The translations under genes and the position numbers were made by a program. A stretch of DNA of 31,938 nucleotides. Origin: a virus (Duplodnaviria; Caudoviricetes). The stretch spans positions 1 to 31,938 of IMG/VR virus record IMGVR_UViG_3300040985_002016; one strand, written 5' to 3'. The notes below the pieces were generated by a model, which saw only the letters and a program-made list of their open reading frames with translations, was not told the DNA's origin and did not search any database. This document shows, piece by piece, positions 19,754 through 28,173 of this stretch. The first letter of the stretch is position 1. Every line of letters starts with the position of its first letter.

Positions 19754-19777
19754 TACCTTTCTGCAACACGGATACCG

Positions 19778-20314
19778 CTAGGGGAGGCTCCCGCGGAGGC
19801 GGACCGCTCGGGACTCGTGGCCCGAGGGCTCCAGGACGCGCGCTGGGTGCTCGCGCCAGTCTCGCAGGCCTACGTGGCCTCCGGCGGCGTCTGTGGCCTC
19901 CAGGACCCTGCAGAGCTCTCCACGCACCTCGACCATGTAGCTGTGGCCCCTGTAGAAAGTGAAGGGGCTACGCCAGCGCTGCACGAGCCACCAACCATCC
20001 AGGTGCGGGCGGTAGTCCTCGTCCACGATGCCCAGGGCCCGAGCGACGGAAGGGCCTCCCCATGGGTCCACAGCGCGTCCGTCATCATGCTTTCCGATCA
20101 CGTGGGTGAGGTACTGCGCGGGCGACGGGTCGGCGCCTGGGTAGAGCAGCGCCAGGATGGGCCACGTGAGCGTGACGCAGTTGATCTGGCGCGTGCCTGT
20201 CGCGGTCCGCGATGGAGGCGTGTACCAAGGGACCTCCGGGATGTCCACCGAGTCACCGTAGGAGTAGCCCGCCCATATGGGGAGGGTTTGGAGCACGCGA
20301 TCGGTGAACGTCAT
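19778..20314 (-). CDS. putative NlpC/P60- or CHAP-like peptidase (candidate endolysin)
   Basis: YSYG...INC...GHSYMV...VLEA order of Cys/His/Glu; next to small membrane genes. Confidence 0.5.
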   Translation of the reverse strand: MTFTDRVLQTLPIWAGYSYGDSVDIPEVPWYTPPSRTATGTRQINCVTLTWPILALLYPGADPSPAQYLTHVIGKHDDGRAVDPWGGPSVARALGIVDEDYRPHLDGWWLVQRWRSPFTFYRGHSYMVEVRGELCRVLEATDAAGGHVGLRDWREHPARVLEPSGHESRAVRLRGSLP

Positions 20315-20508
20315 CGGTCCCTCCATCCGCTGGCGCGCCATCGGAGATGCCACGCGGCTACGGAGTCGCCCTCGCGCTCGGAGATGTCCGCTTGCGCCTC
20401 GAGCGCTCGAGCTCTGGCGAGGCGTTGCTCCTGGGTTTTGGGGCGTGCCCGGAGCGCTGCGCGGATGACCAGCTCGATCGCAAGCAGCGCCAGCGGGCGC
20501 CAGATCAT
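20311..20508 (-). CDS. small protein with hydrophobic N-terminus
   Basis: MIWRPLALLAIELVI...; ATGA-coupled at both ends. Confidence 0.5.
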   Translation of the reverse strand: MIWRPLALLAIELVIRAALRARPKTQEQRLARARALEAQADISEREGDSVAAWHLRWRASGWRDR

Positions 20509-20696
20509 GGTGCGGGCACGGTGGGCCGTACGGTCTTGGCGACGACGAAGGCGACGACCAGGCACCCGCCTACCACGAGGTGAGCGGTGGTCGTGCTGGC
20601 GTCGTGAGCGTCGTAGCCCACGAGCCCGAGCCCGAGCGCGGTCATGATCGCGCGCTCGCTGGTGAGCTTCTGGGCGAGTCCTGTCAGCCAGTCCAT
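20505..20696 (-). CDS. holin-like membrane protein
   Basis: GAGGAGG RBS; two hydrophobic segments in 63 aa. Confidence 0.5.
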   Translation of the reverse strand: MDWLTGLAQKLTSERAIMTALGLGLVGYDAHDASTTTAHLVVGGCLVVAFVVAKTVRPTVPAP

Positions 20697-20716
20697 GAGG
20701 CCTCCTCTGCTCCAGC

Positions 20717-20953
20717 CTACTCGGGCAGGGTGGGGTTGTCCTGGAGTGCTTCCGTGACTTCGGCTGCGATGTCCAAGCGGCCGCAGAGGTTCACCAACGA
20801 GTCCACCAAGAAGGGATGCCCGCAGACCATGGCGCGCCCCGGCTGGACGGTCAAGGCGCAGCCGTAAGCCTCGACGGCGGCGTACCACTTGGCCAGGTGG
20901 TCTGGCCGCGCGCAGGTCTGGTATGTGATGATCGCCAGCTTGGCGCGTATCAG
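20717..20953 (-). CDS. hypothetical protein with probable CTG start (absent from the ORF track)
   Basis: 78-codon open frame filling the gap; CTGA overlap; GGAG upstream; similar to the C-terminal domain of 30022-30378. Confidence 0.6.
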   Translation of the reverse strand: MIRAKLAIITYQTCARPDHLAKWYAAVEAYGCALTVQPGRAMVCGHPFLVDSLVNLCGRLDIAAEVTEALQDNPTLPE

Positions 20954-21213
20954 AAGAAACTCCGGAACAGGGCCACGAGGCCGGGGAGGGAGAGCGCGAC
21001 CGCGCCAGCCTTGCCTACGCCAAGCACCGCGCCCTTCTGGTGCTCCTGGGCAAGCCTGACCCTCTCGACTGTCTCCTGTACTGCCTTAAGGTCGCTGGCC
21101 TGCCCTTCGCTCCGGGCCATGCCGAGCCGCGCCTCAGTGACGAGCGCCGAGAGTTCCTTGAGCTCGGCCCGTAGGCCTCGGATGTCGTCACGCAGGGCCG
21201 CCAGCTCGCTCAT
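20950..21213 (-). CDS. coiled-coil protein with C-terminal membrane anchor
   Basis: Heptad helix followed by a hydrophobic tail; alternative GTG start at 21219. Confidence 0.6.
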   Translation of the reverse strand: MSELAALRDDIRGLRAELKELSALVTEARLGMARSEGQASDLKAVQETVERVRLAQEHQKGAVLGVGKAGAVALSLPGLVALFRSFF

Positions 21214-21215
21214 GC

Positions 21216-21431
21216 TCACCACCATAGCAGTGCGACCAGGATATCCCACGGGCTCGGCTTAGGCGCGCGCTCCCGCTTGCGGATGGCGCGCGAGCGGGCC
21301 TCGGTGAACTCCCTCGCGGTCATCACGAGCGGTACCCATTCGCCGTGGTACCTGACAAGTGTGGTGTAGTAGGTCGCGGGGCGGCCTAGCTGGATGTCCG
21401 TGCGTTGATCTCGGAGTAGCTCGCCCCACAT
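21216..21431 (-). CDS. hypothetical protein
   Basis: MWGELLRDQ...ILVALLWW; -10-like box just upstream. Confidence 0.45.
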   Translation of the reverse strand: MWGELLRDQRTDIQLGRPATYYTTLVRYHGEWVPLVMTAREFTEARSRAIRKRERAPKPSPWDILVALLWW

Positions 21432-21461
21432 GGTCACAGCGTAGCAGCCGGAGGCGTGCAG

Positions 21462-22253
21462 ATGGCAGGAATACCGAAAGGATGGCAGGTGCTCGAGGTG
21501 GGAAGGCGTCGCGCGCTGGCGTGGCTGCCGGATACGGCCACGCGGCTCATGGTCTCGTGCCACGGCGGCGGAGACGCTGGCGGATGGCGCTGCGCGCGAC
21601 AGGCCGCGCGCCTGTCAGCGCTCCAGGCGTCGGGAGAGTGGGCTCTGGTGTGTCCCGAGTCGAGACAGGTGAGCCTACTGGACGGGCGCAGGGTGAGCGT
21701 GTGGGCGGTGCCGCGGGAGGGATGGCGCGAGCTCTTCGCGCCAGATGGAGGGGTCGAAGAGGACCGCGTGCTGTGCAGGGTGATCCGGAGCCGCATCATC
21801 AGCCGATACAAGGGCAAGGCCACCAAGGCGGCCCTGACGGGCTTCTCCTCGGGCTCGGGGCTTGTTTGGGATGCAGCGGCCGCAGATGACGGATGGGACG
21901 CCTACGGGGCAGTGGGAGGAGGCCTCCCCTTGCTCCTGCAAGGGGCCCCTCCTCCAGAGCGCCCCGTATGGTTCTCCATGGGAACGGAGGACGAGGGATG
22001 GAGTGGGAAAGACGCGCGCCTCTCCCACGCAGCCACAGCAGAGTGGCTAACCCAGGGCGCCCCCCAGCTGTTGGCGGAGCATGCCATCCAGCCGCCGCCA
22101 GGAGGGGTCCTGGAGGCATACAGCAACGGGCAGGGACGCTCCTCCGTCATAGGGGCCTATGCGAGGGGGCACGAATGGCCGGATGACCATGGCTTTGACG
22201 CAGGCACAGCCATGGTGCGAGCGTTCGAGTGGCTGTGGGCGCATTCGGACTGA
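21462..22253 (+). CDS. alpha/beta hydrolase (LpqC/PHB-depolymerase-like esterase)
   Basis: HGGG oxyanion motif, GFSSG nucleophile, GTED acid and GHEWP histidine. Confidence 0.8.
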   Translation: MAGIPKGWQVLEVGRRRALAWLPDTATRLMVSCHGGGDAGGWRCARQAARLSALQASGEWALVCPESRQVSLLDGRRVSVWAVPREGWRELFAPDGGVEEDRVLCRVIRSRIISRYKGKATKAALTGFSSGSGLVWDAAAADDGWDAYGAVGGGLPLLLQGAPPPERPVWFSMGTEDEGWSGKDARLSHAATAEWLTQGAPQLLAEHAIQPPPGGVLEAYSNGQGRSSVIGAYARGHEWPDDHGFDAGTAMVRAFEWLWAHSD

Positions 22254-22266
22254 TCCGCTAAAGTGG

Positions 22267-22295
22267 TTGCACTAACAGCGACCCGTCGCTAGAGT
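22267..22295 (+). promoter_or_regulatory. putative early-operon promoter with palindromic operator
   Basis: TTGCAC-17 nt-TAGAGT; dyad TGCACT..AGCGAC-CC-GTCGCT..AGTGCA. Confidence 0.55.
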
Positions 22296-22346
22296 GCATG
22301 CACAATTCACCACAGCGGCCATGTGCCGCTTTCACCAGGAGGCAGG

Positions 22347-22856
22347 ATGCCTTTCGACCACTCGTGGGTCAATGAGGACTACGCGGACCCCGCACCAAGT
22401 GCGGCGGGTCAGTTCTTGAAACTCAAGGACGGCGACTCCGTCGATCTGATCATCGTGGGGGCGCCTTACCACTTCTGGAAGGCATGGGACGAGACCTCGA
22501 AGCCCAAGCAGCGCTTCGTGGTCGAGGTGTTCCGGACCGACACGGAGGAGCCCGGCCCCACCCAGTGGATGGAGGTCAGCGGCCCCACCTGGGGGGACAT
22601 CCTCTCTGCCCTGCGGACCGTCATGAAGAAGAAGAAGTCGAGGGGCCGGACCGCAGAGCTCACGCTCAGCCGGACGGGCTCCGGAGCGACAGACACCCGA
22701 TACAAAGCCAACGCAATGTTCGCAGACCCTGAGGATGTGGTGGCGGCGGAGGAGGCGGAGGAGGCGTCCACCCTGGAGCCGAAGGAAGAGTGGATCCCGT
22801 GCTCGAGCAACGCCAGCGGCAAGCCCCCGTCCGCCTCCGAAGACATCCCTTTCTAG
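22347..22856 (+). CDS. single-stranded DNA-binding protein (gp32-like)
   Basis: FLKLKDGDS, RTGSGATDTRY and an acidic tail ending EDIPF. Confidence 0.7.
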   Translation: MPFDHSWVNEDYADPAPSAAGQFLKLKDGDSVDLIIVGAPYHFWKAWDETSKPKQRFVVEVFRTDTEEPGPTQWMEVSGPTWGDILSALRTVMKKKKSRGRTAELTLSRTGSGATDTRYKANAMFADPEDVVAAEEAEEASTLEPKEEWIPCSSNASGKPPSASEDIPF

Positions 22857-22880
22857 CCCCGTACAGCAAAGGAAACGCCC

Positions 22881-23984
22881 ATGTATGTGATGACTGACGA
22901 GCACCGGAAGCGCCTCCCCGAGTATCGGGACATGGCGATCGCCAACGCATTCAGCGTCGAGCCCATGACGGCGCTCGACCGGGAGATCTGCACCGCAGCG
23001 GCCAAGGCCTCGTACGCCCTTGCCAAGCTCGAAGAACCGCGCGTTGTCTTTGCCTCCTCGCCCATCGCGGGACAGGGCGCCGCGGGCATCGGGGTGGCTC
23101 TGGAGGAGGCCCCTCCCGAGCGCTTGGACGAGCTACTTGCCGCGGTAGATAAGCTCAGCCCGCACCTGCGTCAGGTGGCTATGGTGGCCCTTGCCGCCGC
23201 CGGACACATCGAGCAGAGCCCTGGAGACACCGAGCTCCGGGAGGAGGGCCAGACTCAGGACCGTTGGGTGTCCTTCGCGAGCCCAGACCCGCTTTTTGCG
23301 GTGCTGGGCCGCAACGCGGCCCGACGCCATGCCCGGGCCGCTGCGGATGCGTGCCAGGGTGGCAACCAGTGGTCAGGCCCCTTGGGCATGTATGAGTTCT
23401 TCCGCGAGGTCGCGCAGCTGGACATGGACTGGGCCCCATGGCTCCCATGGCGCGACCTGTGCAAGCACAGCGGGCCACGCTTCGAGACCGAGCACTTCGT
23501 GGTGGTCTGCGACCGGCCCGAGTTGCTGTGCCTGGACGAGGACAACCGGCCTCACTCCTTGGAGGGGCCTGCGTGCCGATGGCGTGATGGCGCGGCCTAC
23601 TACGCAGTGCACGGGGTCTATGTCCCTGGCTGGGTGGTCGAGCTTCCCGAGGCCATCACGCTCGCCCACATCGACGACGAGGAGAATGCGGAGGTGCGCA
23701 GGGTCATGATCGACCAGTTCGGCGTGGGCAAGTACGCCGACGCTGGCGAGACCGTCGACAAGTGGCATGACGAGAAGGGCGGGCCCATGCGTCTGCTCCG
23801 GCGCATTGTGCCAGGCCAAGAGGAGCCCGTTCAGTTCCTGCAGATGACCAACAGCACGCCCAACCCGGATGGGACGGTCAAGCAGTACTGGGTTCGCGTG
23901 GACCCTGAGATCGTGAGCTGCATGGACGCCCGGAACAGCATCTGCCAACTGTGGGATGGCGCAACCATCGACACGCAGACGTGA
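22881..23984 (+). CDS. DUF6745-like protein
   Basis: DRP..LDEDNRPHSLEGPA..WRDG..Y.VHGV.VP, EENAEVRRVMI, NSTP.PDG..K.YW.RVDP. Confidence 0.8.
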   Translation: MYVMTDEHRKRLPEYRDMAIANAFSVEPMTALDREICTAAAKASYALAKLEEPRVVFASSPIAGQGAAGIGVALEEAPPERLDELLAAVDKLSPHLRQVAMVALAAAGHIEQSPGDTELREEGQTQDRWVSFASPDPLFAVLGRNAARRHARAAADACQGGNQWSGPLGMYEFFREVAQLDMDWAPWLPWRDLCKHSGPRFETEHFVVVCDRPELLCLDEDNRPHSLEGPACRWRDGAAYYAVHGVYVPGWVVELPEAITLAHIDDEENAEVRRVMIDQFGVGKYADAGETVDKWHDEKGGPMRLLRRIVPGQEEPVQFLQMTNSTPNPDGTVKQYWVRVDPEIVSCMDARNSICQLWDGATIDTQT

Positions 23985-24184
23985 CACCGCGCCGTCGCGT
24001 AGAAGAGGCGACCAAGAGGGCCACATCGCAGCGCACTGCGTGCGTGACCGACCGGAAGACGTACCAGGCGATCTACATGTGCCTGAGGGGTCACGGTTCG
24101 GTGGACTACCAGGCTTGGCACGCAGTGGCGCGTGCCAACGCCTGGGTATGGACGAACAACCAACAAACGAGGAACGACCGATGA
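23981..24184 (+). CDS. xxAT-repeat family mini-protein (diverged)
   Basis: GTGA/ATGA-coupled; EEATKRAT...AWHAV..AWVW. Confidence 0.5.
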   Translation: MTPRRRVEEATKRATSQRTACVTDRKTYQAIYMCLRGHGSVDYQAWHAVARANAWVWTNNQQTRNDR

Positions 24185-24528
24185 AGAAAACGATCAATGT
24201 TGCGCGGCAAGGGGATGTGACCATGGTGCGTTGTGACGCGCATCCGACAGGATGGGCCCGGGCGCCCCGTTGGCCTACGCCGCTGCCCCCGATCAAGGAT
24301 CACCTGCTTGCAGAGGGCGACTCCTCAGGGCACAGCCATCACATCCGAGGGCGCATGCTCGAGCAGGGTGGAGAGATCTACATCCGCCTCGAGGAGGCGA
24401 CCCCGTTGCGCATCGAGCCAGCGCCGGAGGAGATCCGCCACGGACGGATCACGCTCGACGCAGGAGACCACGTGGTGCGCACCCAGGTCGAGTACACGCC
24501 CGAGGGCGAGCGCGACGTTGCGGACTGA
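24181..24528 (+). CDS. RQGDV / GHSH His-rich protein (usual DUF6745 neighbour)
   Basis: RQGDV, LAEGDSSGHSH, H..I.L..G...V..Q.EY motifs. Confidence 0.8.
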   Translation: MKKTINVARQGDVTMVRCDAHPTGWARAPRWPTPLPPIKDHLLAEGDSSGHSHHIRGRMLEQGGEIYIRLEEATPLRIEPAPEEIRHGRITLDAGDHVVRTQVEYTPEGERDVAD

Positions 24529-24689
24529 GCACGCATCGTTTGTCAGGCAGGCCACAAGCCGGGCGACCAGAGGGAGGACCGTAGCCTCCTCGCCAGAGGA
24601 GACATGTGGGAGGCGGCTATAGCCGTGCGCCCGGCTACGACAGGGCCTGTGTGGCCTGGAGCGAGACTCGCAGGAAGAGAGGTGTGGAA

Positions 24690-24866
24690 GTGAAGAACGT
24701 ACGGTACGGCACACAACACGCCACATGGGACGCGACACGTTACGCCGCGCGGCTAGCGGTGGTGACGCATCCCGCCTGGGATGCTGCGTGGCGGCCCACG
24801 TGGGCCGCGCCGCAGACCGCCGTGCGGATAGCCGCAAGGGGCGCCACCTACGAGGTGTGGAAGTGA
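24690..24866 (+). CDS. xxAT-repeat mini-protein
   Basis: VKNVRYGTQHATWDATRYAA...GATYEVWK. Confidence 0.6.
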   Translation: MKNVRYGTQHATWDATRYAARLAVVTHPAWDAAWRPTWAAPQTAVRIAARGATYEVWK

Positions 24867-27490
24867 CGCAGCCGGATCCTGCTCCTGCCGAGGTATGGCC
24901 GCGGAAGGTCGACTATCAGACGACCGTGTACCCCCATGAGAGGGCGCTGGAGATCGCTGCTGCGATCTCGGACCGCTACGAGGGCCAGCTCTACCGTGTT
25001 GGGGGCCGCCTGGTGCGGATCCAGGGCCAGGACGCGGCGCCGCTGGCCAAGGTTGAGTTCCAGGCCTTGGCAAGCGCAGCGGTGTACATCCGCGACCGAG
25101 GAGGGAACTACCACCCGGCGCCAGAGAGGACCCTGCGCGAGGTCTACTACTTCGAAGCGCTCGCGGCCTCGAAAGAGGGGATCGTGCGAGCGCCGTGGAT
25201 GGCCTCAGACGGCACCCTATACGGTAGGCGCCGAGAGGACCACGGGGAGATCCTGTCCCTGTATGACAGCGGGCCCATTCCCACGGGGATGACGCGAGAG
25301 GAGGCTGAGCCGGTGCTTGAGCGCCTCCTGGACTACCGTTGGGACTCGGACGAGGACCGGGCCGGGTACCTGGCCGCGCTGGTGCAGTGCGTACGCCAGC
25401 CGTGCTTGTGGGGCGAGGGCGCGCCGCTCTACCTCATCCAGGCCACGGACAAGGATAGCGGCAAGACCTACGCCGCCTCGGTCCTCTCCCTGCTCCTGAC
25501 GGGCAAGATCACCAACACCCTGCACCTGCCTACGAGCCAGCGCGAGCGCGAGTACTCCCTCTCCTCGTTCCTTCAGAGCGGCCCCTCGCTCGTCTGGCTG
25601 GACAACCTGGCCACAGGGTCGACCGCGGGAGGGAGCGACCTACACGCCCTCCTGACGGCCCGTGGAGGCCTCGCCTCGCGGGTCATCGGGTCCAACGCGA
25701 TGGCACTGGTGGACCCGACCCGTCCGTTGTGGGTGGCGACTGGCAACCAAATCGACGTGGACGACGAGTTGGGACGCCGCATCGTATCGATCAAGATGAG
25801 CCCGCGCGCCGCAGGCAGCGCCTACAAGACCCGAGACCTACTGGGTTGGGTGCGCGACAACCGCGCGCTTGCGTTGGGGGCGCTCTTTACGGTCGCACGC
25901 ACCCAACCCAGTGCGGTGCGTGAGCTGCGCTTGAGCAGCTACCCGACCTGGGGAGAGCTCGTGGCCGCGCCCGTCGAGGCGTGGACCGGAGCGGGCCGCA
26001 TTGGCTCCGAGGTCGCGAGCGGCATTGAGCTCGAACTGGTCCGCCTGTGTGAGGAGTGGCCCAGGAGCAAGGGCGAGCCTGCGCCCCTCACCATGGCGGC
26101 GCTGCTCGCCACGGTGAAGGCCCGCGGCATGTATCGCATCATGGAGCTGACAGCGGGCCGGAGCTCCAAGGACGCGGTGTTGGGGCGATGGGTCGCCAGC
26201 ATTGCCGCTCGGAGCAGGCCTATCAAGGGCTGGCGATTAATTCGAAGAAGAGGCGCGAAAGGGGTGCGGGTCGTGTTACCCTCACGAGACCCCGCCTACA
26301 TCGCCAACGATGAGCGACAAGGGGGGTCGGTTGTGACAGTAGCCCCCTCGAACCGTCACCCGCAAAGTGACGGTTCGACTACGGGGTCTGATGGATGTGT
26401 CGGATGTGACGGACAGTCACCCCCCTCTCATGTTCAGTTTCAACAAGAACCTCCCCCAACTACTGTCACAACCGCAACAACCATCATAGGGGATAGTAGT
26501 AACTGCAATATGCAGGTGACGGATGGGGTGCACTTGGAGGAGCAACCGTCACCCAGGGACCTGTGGGGGCCATGGGTCCTCCAGATGGCCACTCGGGGCA
26601 TCTACGTCGACGCAGAGCTCTGGGATGCCCGGTGCACCGCTGCTCGAGTCGAGCTAGCCAAGCGCGCCGCTGACTCGGAAGCGGACGCCTCACGCCTCCG
26701 TGCCTTCGAGGCCTACGCGCAGCCCGTACTTGACCAAGCCACAGCGGGAGACGGTCGCGTGCGCGCCGAGTGGGTCGAGCAGGGCCCTGGACGCTGGGGC
26801 GCCACAAACCCGCCCATCCAGACGGTCACGCGCTCCTACGGGCTGCGTGATGCGTTCCAGGCCCCCACGGGCCGCACGCTCATCGTGTCGGACTGGAGCG
26901 CCGCACACATGTGGATAGCCGCAGGCCTCTCCGGAGACCCCGAGCTCACCAGGGAGCTCCAGGACCCGGACGCCTCCCCCTACCGCCGCCTCGCGGTCGA
27001 GTCAGGGGCCACCCTCGTCCAGGCCAAGCGCGGCGCCCTGGCCATCCTGAACGGGGCCGGCGTCCGCAAGGTCGCGTCCATCCTGGGGGTCAAGCCCCGC
27101 ACCGCAGCAGCAGCGCGGACGGCATGGCTCCGCCCCTACAAGACCCTGCGCCATCGGATAGGCCTCTGGCGTGAGGAGAGGTCCTGGCTCTCCCCGGAGG
27201 GGCGTACGATCAAGCTCCCAGCGGGCGCACCGCGCCACGTGGCGCTGGCGTGGCGCTGGCAAGCAGCGGAGGCGGACGCCCTTGGCATCGCGCTGCAGCT
27301 GCTCGAGGCCCAGGACATCGACGTGGTGCTCACAGTCCACGACGAGCTGATCTGTGAGGTCGACGAAGGCGCAGCGCCTATGGCGCTCCCTCTCGTCCAA
27401 GCAGCCATGGCCCAGGCCCTTGGACAGGTCTGCGGCCTCCAGGGCGAAACGAAAGCAAGAGCCACCAACACATGGGGAACCGAATGCTGA
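24863..27490 (+). CDS. helicase (AAA+/SF3-like) fused to a divergent family A DNA polymerase domain
   Basis: DSGKT, WLDN, ATGN and LGRR in the helicase; GRWGATNPPIQ, SDWS, AK...NG and TVHDEL in the polymerase; GTGA-coupled start. Confidence 0.85.
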   Translation: MTQPDPAPAEVWPRKVDYQTTVYPHERALEIAAAISDRYEGQLYRVGGRLVRIQGQDAAPLAKVEFQALASAAVYIRDRGGNYHPAPERTLREVYYFEALAASKEGIVRAPWMASDGTLYGRRREDHGEILSLYDSGPIPTGMTREEAEPVLERLLDYRWDSDEDRAGYLAALVQCVRQPCLWGEGAPLYLIQATDKDSGKTYAASVLSLLLTGKITNTLHLPTSQREREYSLSSFLQSGPSLVWLDNLATGSTAGGSDLHALLTARGGLASRVIGSNAMALVDPTRPLWVATGNQIDVDDELGRRIVSIKMSPRAAGSAYKTRDLLGWVRDNRALALGALFTVARTQPSAVRELRLSSYPTWGELVAAPVEAWTGAGRIGSEVASGIELELVRLCEEWPRSKGEPAPLTMAALLATVKARGMYRIMELTAGRSSKDAVLGRWVASIAARSRPIKGWRLIRRRGAKGVRVVLPSRDPAYIANDERQGGSVVTVAPSNRHPQSDGSTTGSDGCVGCDGQSPPSHVQFQQEPPPTTVTTATTIIGDSSNCNMQVTDGVHLEEQPSPRDLWGPWVLQMATRGIYVDAELWDARCTAARVELAKRAADSEADASRLRAFEAYAQPVLDQATAGDGRVRAEWVEQGPGRWGATNPPIQTVTRSYGLRDAFQAPTGRTLIVSDWSAAHMWIAAGLSGDPELTRELQDPDASPYRRLAVESGATLVQAKRGALAILNGAGVRKVASILGVKPRTAAAARTAWLRPYKTLRHRIGLWREERSWLSPEGRTIKLPAGAPRHVALAWRWQAAEADALGIALQLLEAQDIDVVLTVHDELICEVDEGAAPMALPLVQAAMAQALGQVCGLQGETKARATNTWGTEC
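26333..26552. repeat. GTGAC/GTCAC array with a 12-bp perfect inverted repeat (candidate replication origin)
   Basis: 8 copies in 220 bp; TCGAACCGTCAC-7 nt-GTGACGGTTCGA at 26348-26378. Confidence 0.6.
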
Positions 27491-27681
27491 GGAACACACG
27501 GCGCGCCACACAGGGCGCCAAGGCGCACTCCGCCACATGGCACGCCACAAAGGCCGCTACAACGGGAGCCCTGGCCAAAGCCACAGGGCGGCATGGGTGG
27601 ACTCTTGTAGATCATCGCGCGAACCGGTTCGAAGCACGGGATGTCGCCGAGGTGTGGCGACAAGGGGAGGTGTGGAAGTGA
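27484..27681 (+). CDS. xxAT-repeat mini-protein
   Basis: RRATQ..SATWHATKAAT...EVWRQGEVWK. Confidence 0.6.
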   Translation: MLRNTRRATQGAKAHSATWHATKAATTGALAKATGRHGWTLVDHRANRFEARDVAEVWRQGEVWK

Positions 27682-27917
27682 GAGCAGAACGGAAACGCAC
27701 GATCATGGCGAAACGGTCCGAGCTGATGCAGGCGCGCGCTGAGCGGGTCCTGGAGAAGCTCAAGGACGGGAAGTGGGCGCGGACAGTGGACGTAGCCCAG
27801 GGCCTCCCCTGGGCGACCCTCACTGTCCGCCAGGCCCTGCACCTGCTCAAGGACGAGGGCAGGGTAGAGGTCTACCAACCCATCGGGTGCCGCGCGATGT
27901 TCTGGAGGACCACGTGA
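27678..27917 (+). CDS. winged helix-turn-helix protein
   Basis: TVDVAQGL...TVRQALHLLKDEGRV plus a wing ending FW. Confidence 0.75.
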   Translation: MRAERKRTIMAKRSELMQARAERVLEKLKDGKWARTVDVAQGLPWATLTVRQALHLLKDEGRVEVYQPIGCRAMFWRTT

Positions 27918-28012
27918 ACGCGCGCCACGCCACAGAGGACGCTACAGGGGACGCCACATGGACCGCCACACATGGCGCCACCCGCAACGCCAGAAGCGAG
28001 GTGTGGCGATGA
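27914..28012 (+). CDS. xxAT-repeat mini-protein
   Basis: VNARHATEDATGDATWTATHGATRNARSEVWR. Confidence 0.6.
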   Translation: MNARHATEDATGDATWTATHGATRNARSEVWR

Positions 28013-28173
28013 GGGACGCCACGCTGGACGCCACACGGCGCGCCACACGGGCCGCCACGCCGGACGCCACATGGGACGCCACACGGGCCGCCACATGGCG
28101 CGCCACATGGCGCGCCACACGGACCGCCACACAGACCGCCACACGGCACGCCCGAAGCGAGGTGTGGCGATGA
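28009..28173 (+). CDS. xxAT-repeat mini-protein (12-bp tandem repeats)
   Basis: MRDATLDATRRAT...RHARSEVWR. Confidence 0.6.
   Translation: MRDATLDATRRATRAATPDATWDATRAATWRATWRATRTATQTATRHARSEVWR

Noticed and set aside
19712-20647. 311-aa plus-strand ORF
   Set aside because: Antisense to a chain of ATGA-coupled minus-strand genes, with no recognisable motif.
24725-24862. Upstream ATG start for the helicase-PolA ORF
   Set aside because: It overlaps a mini-gene; the GTG at 24863 has the SD/coupling motif.
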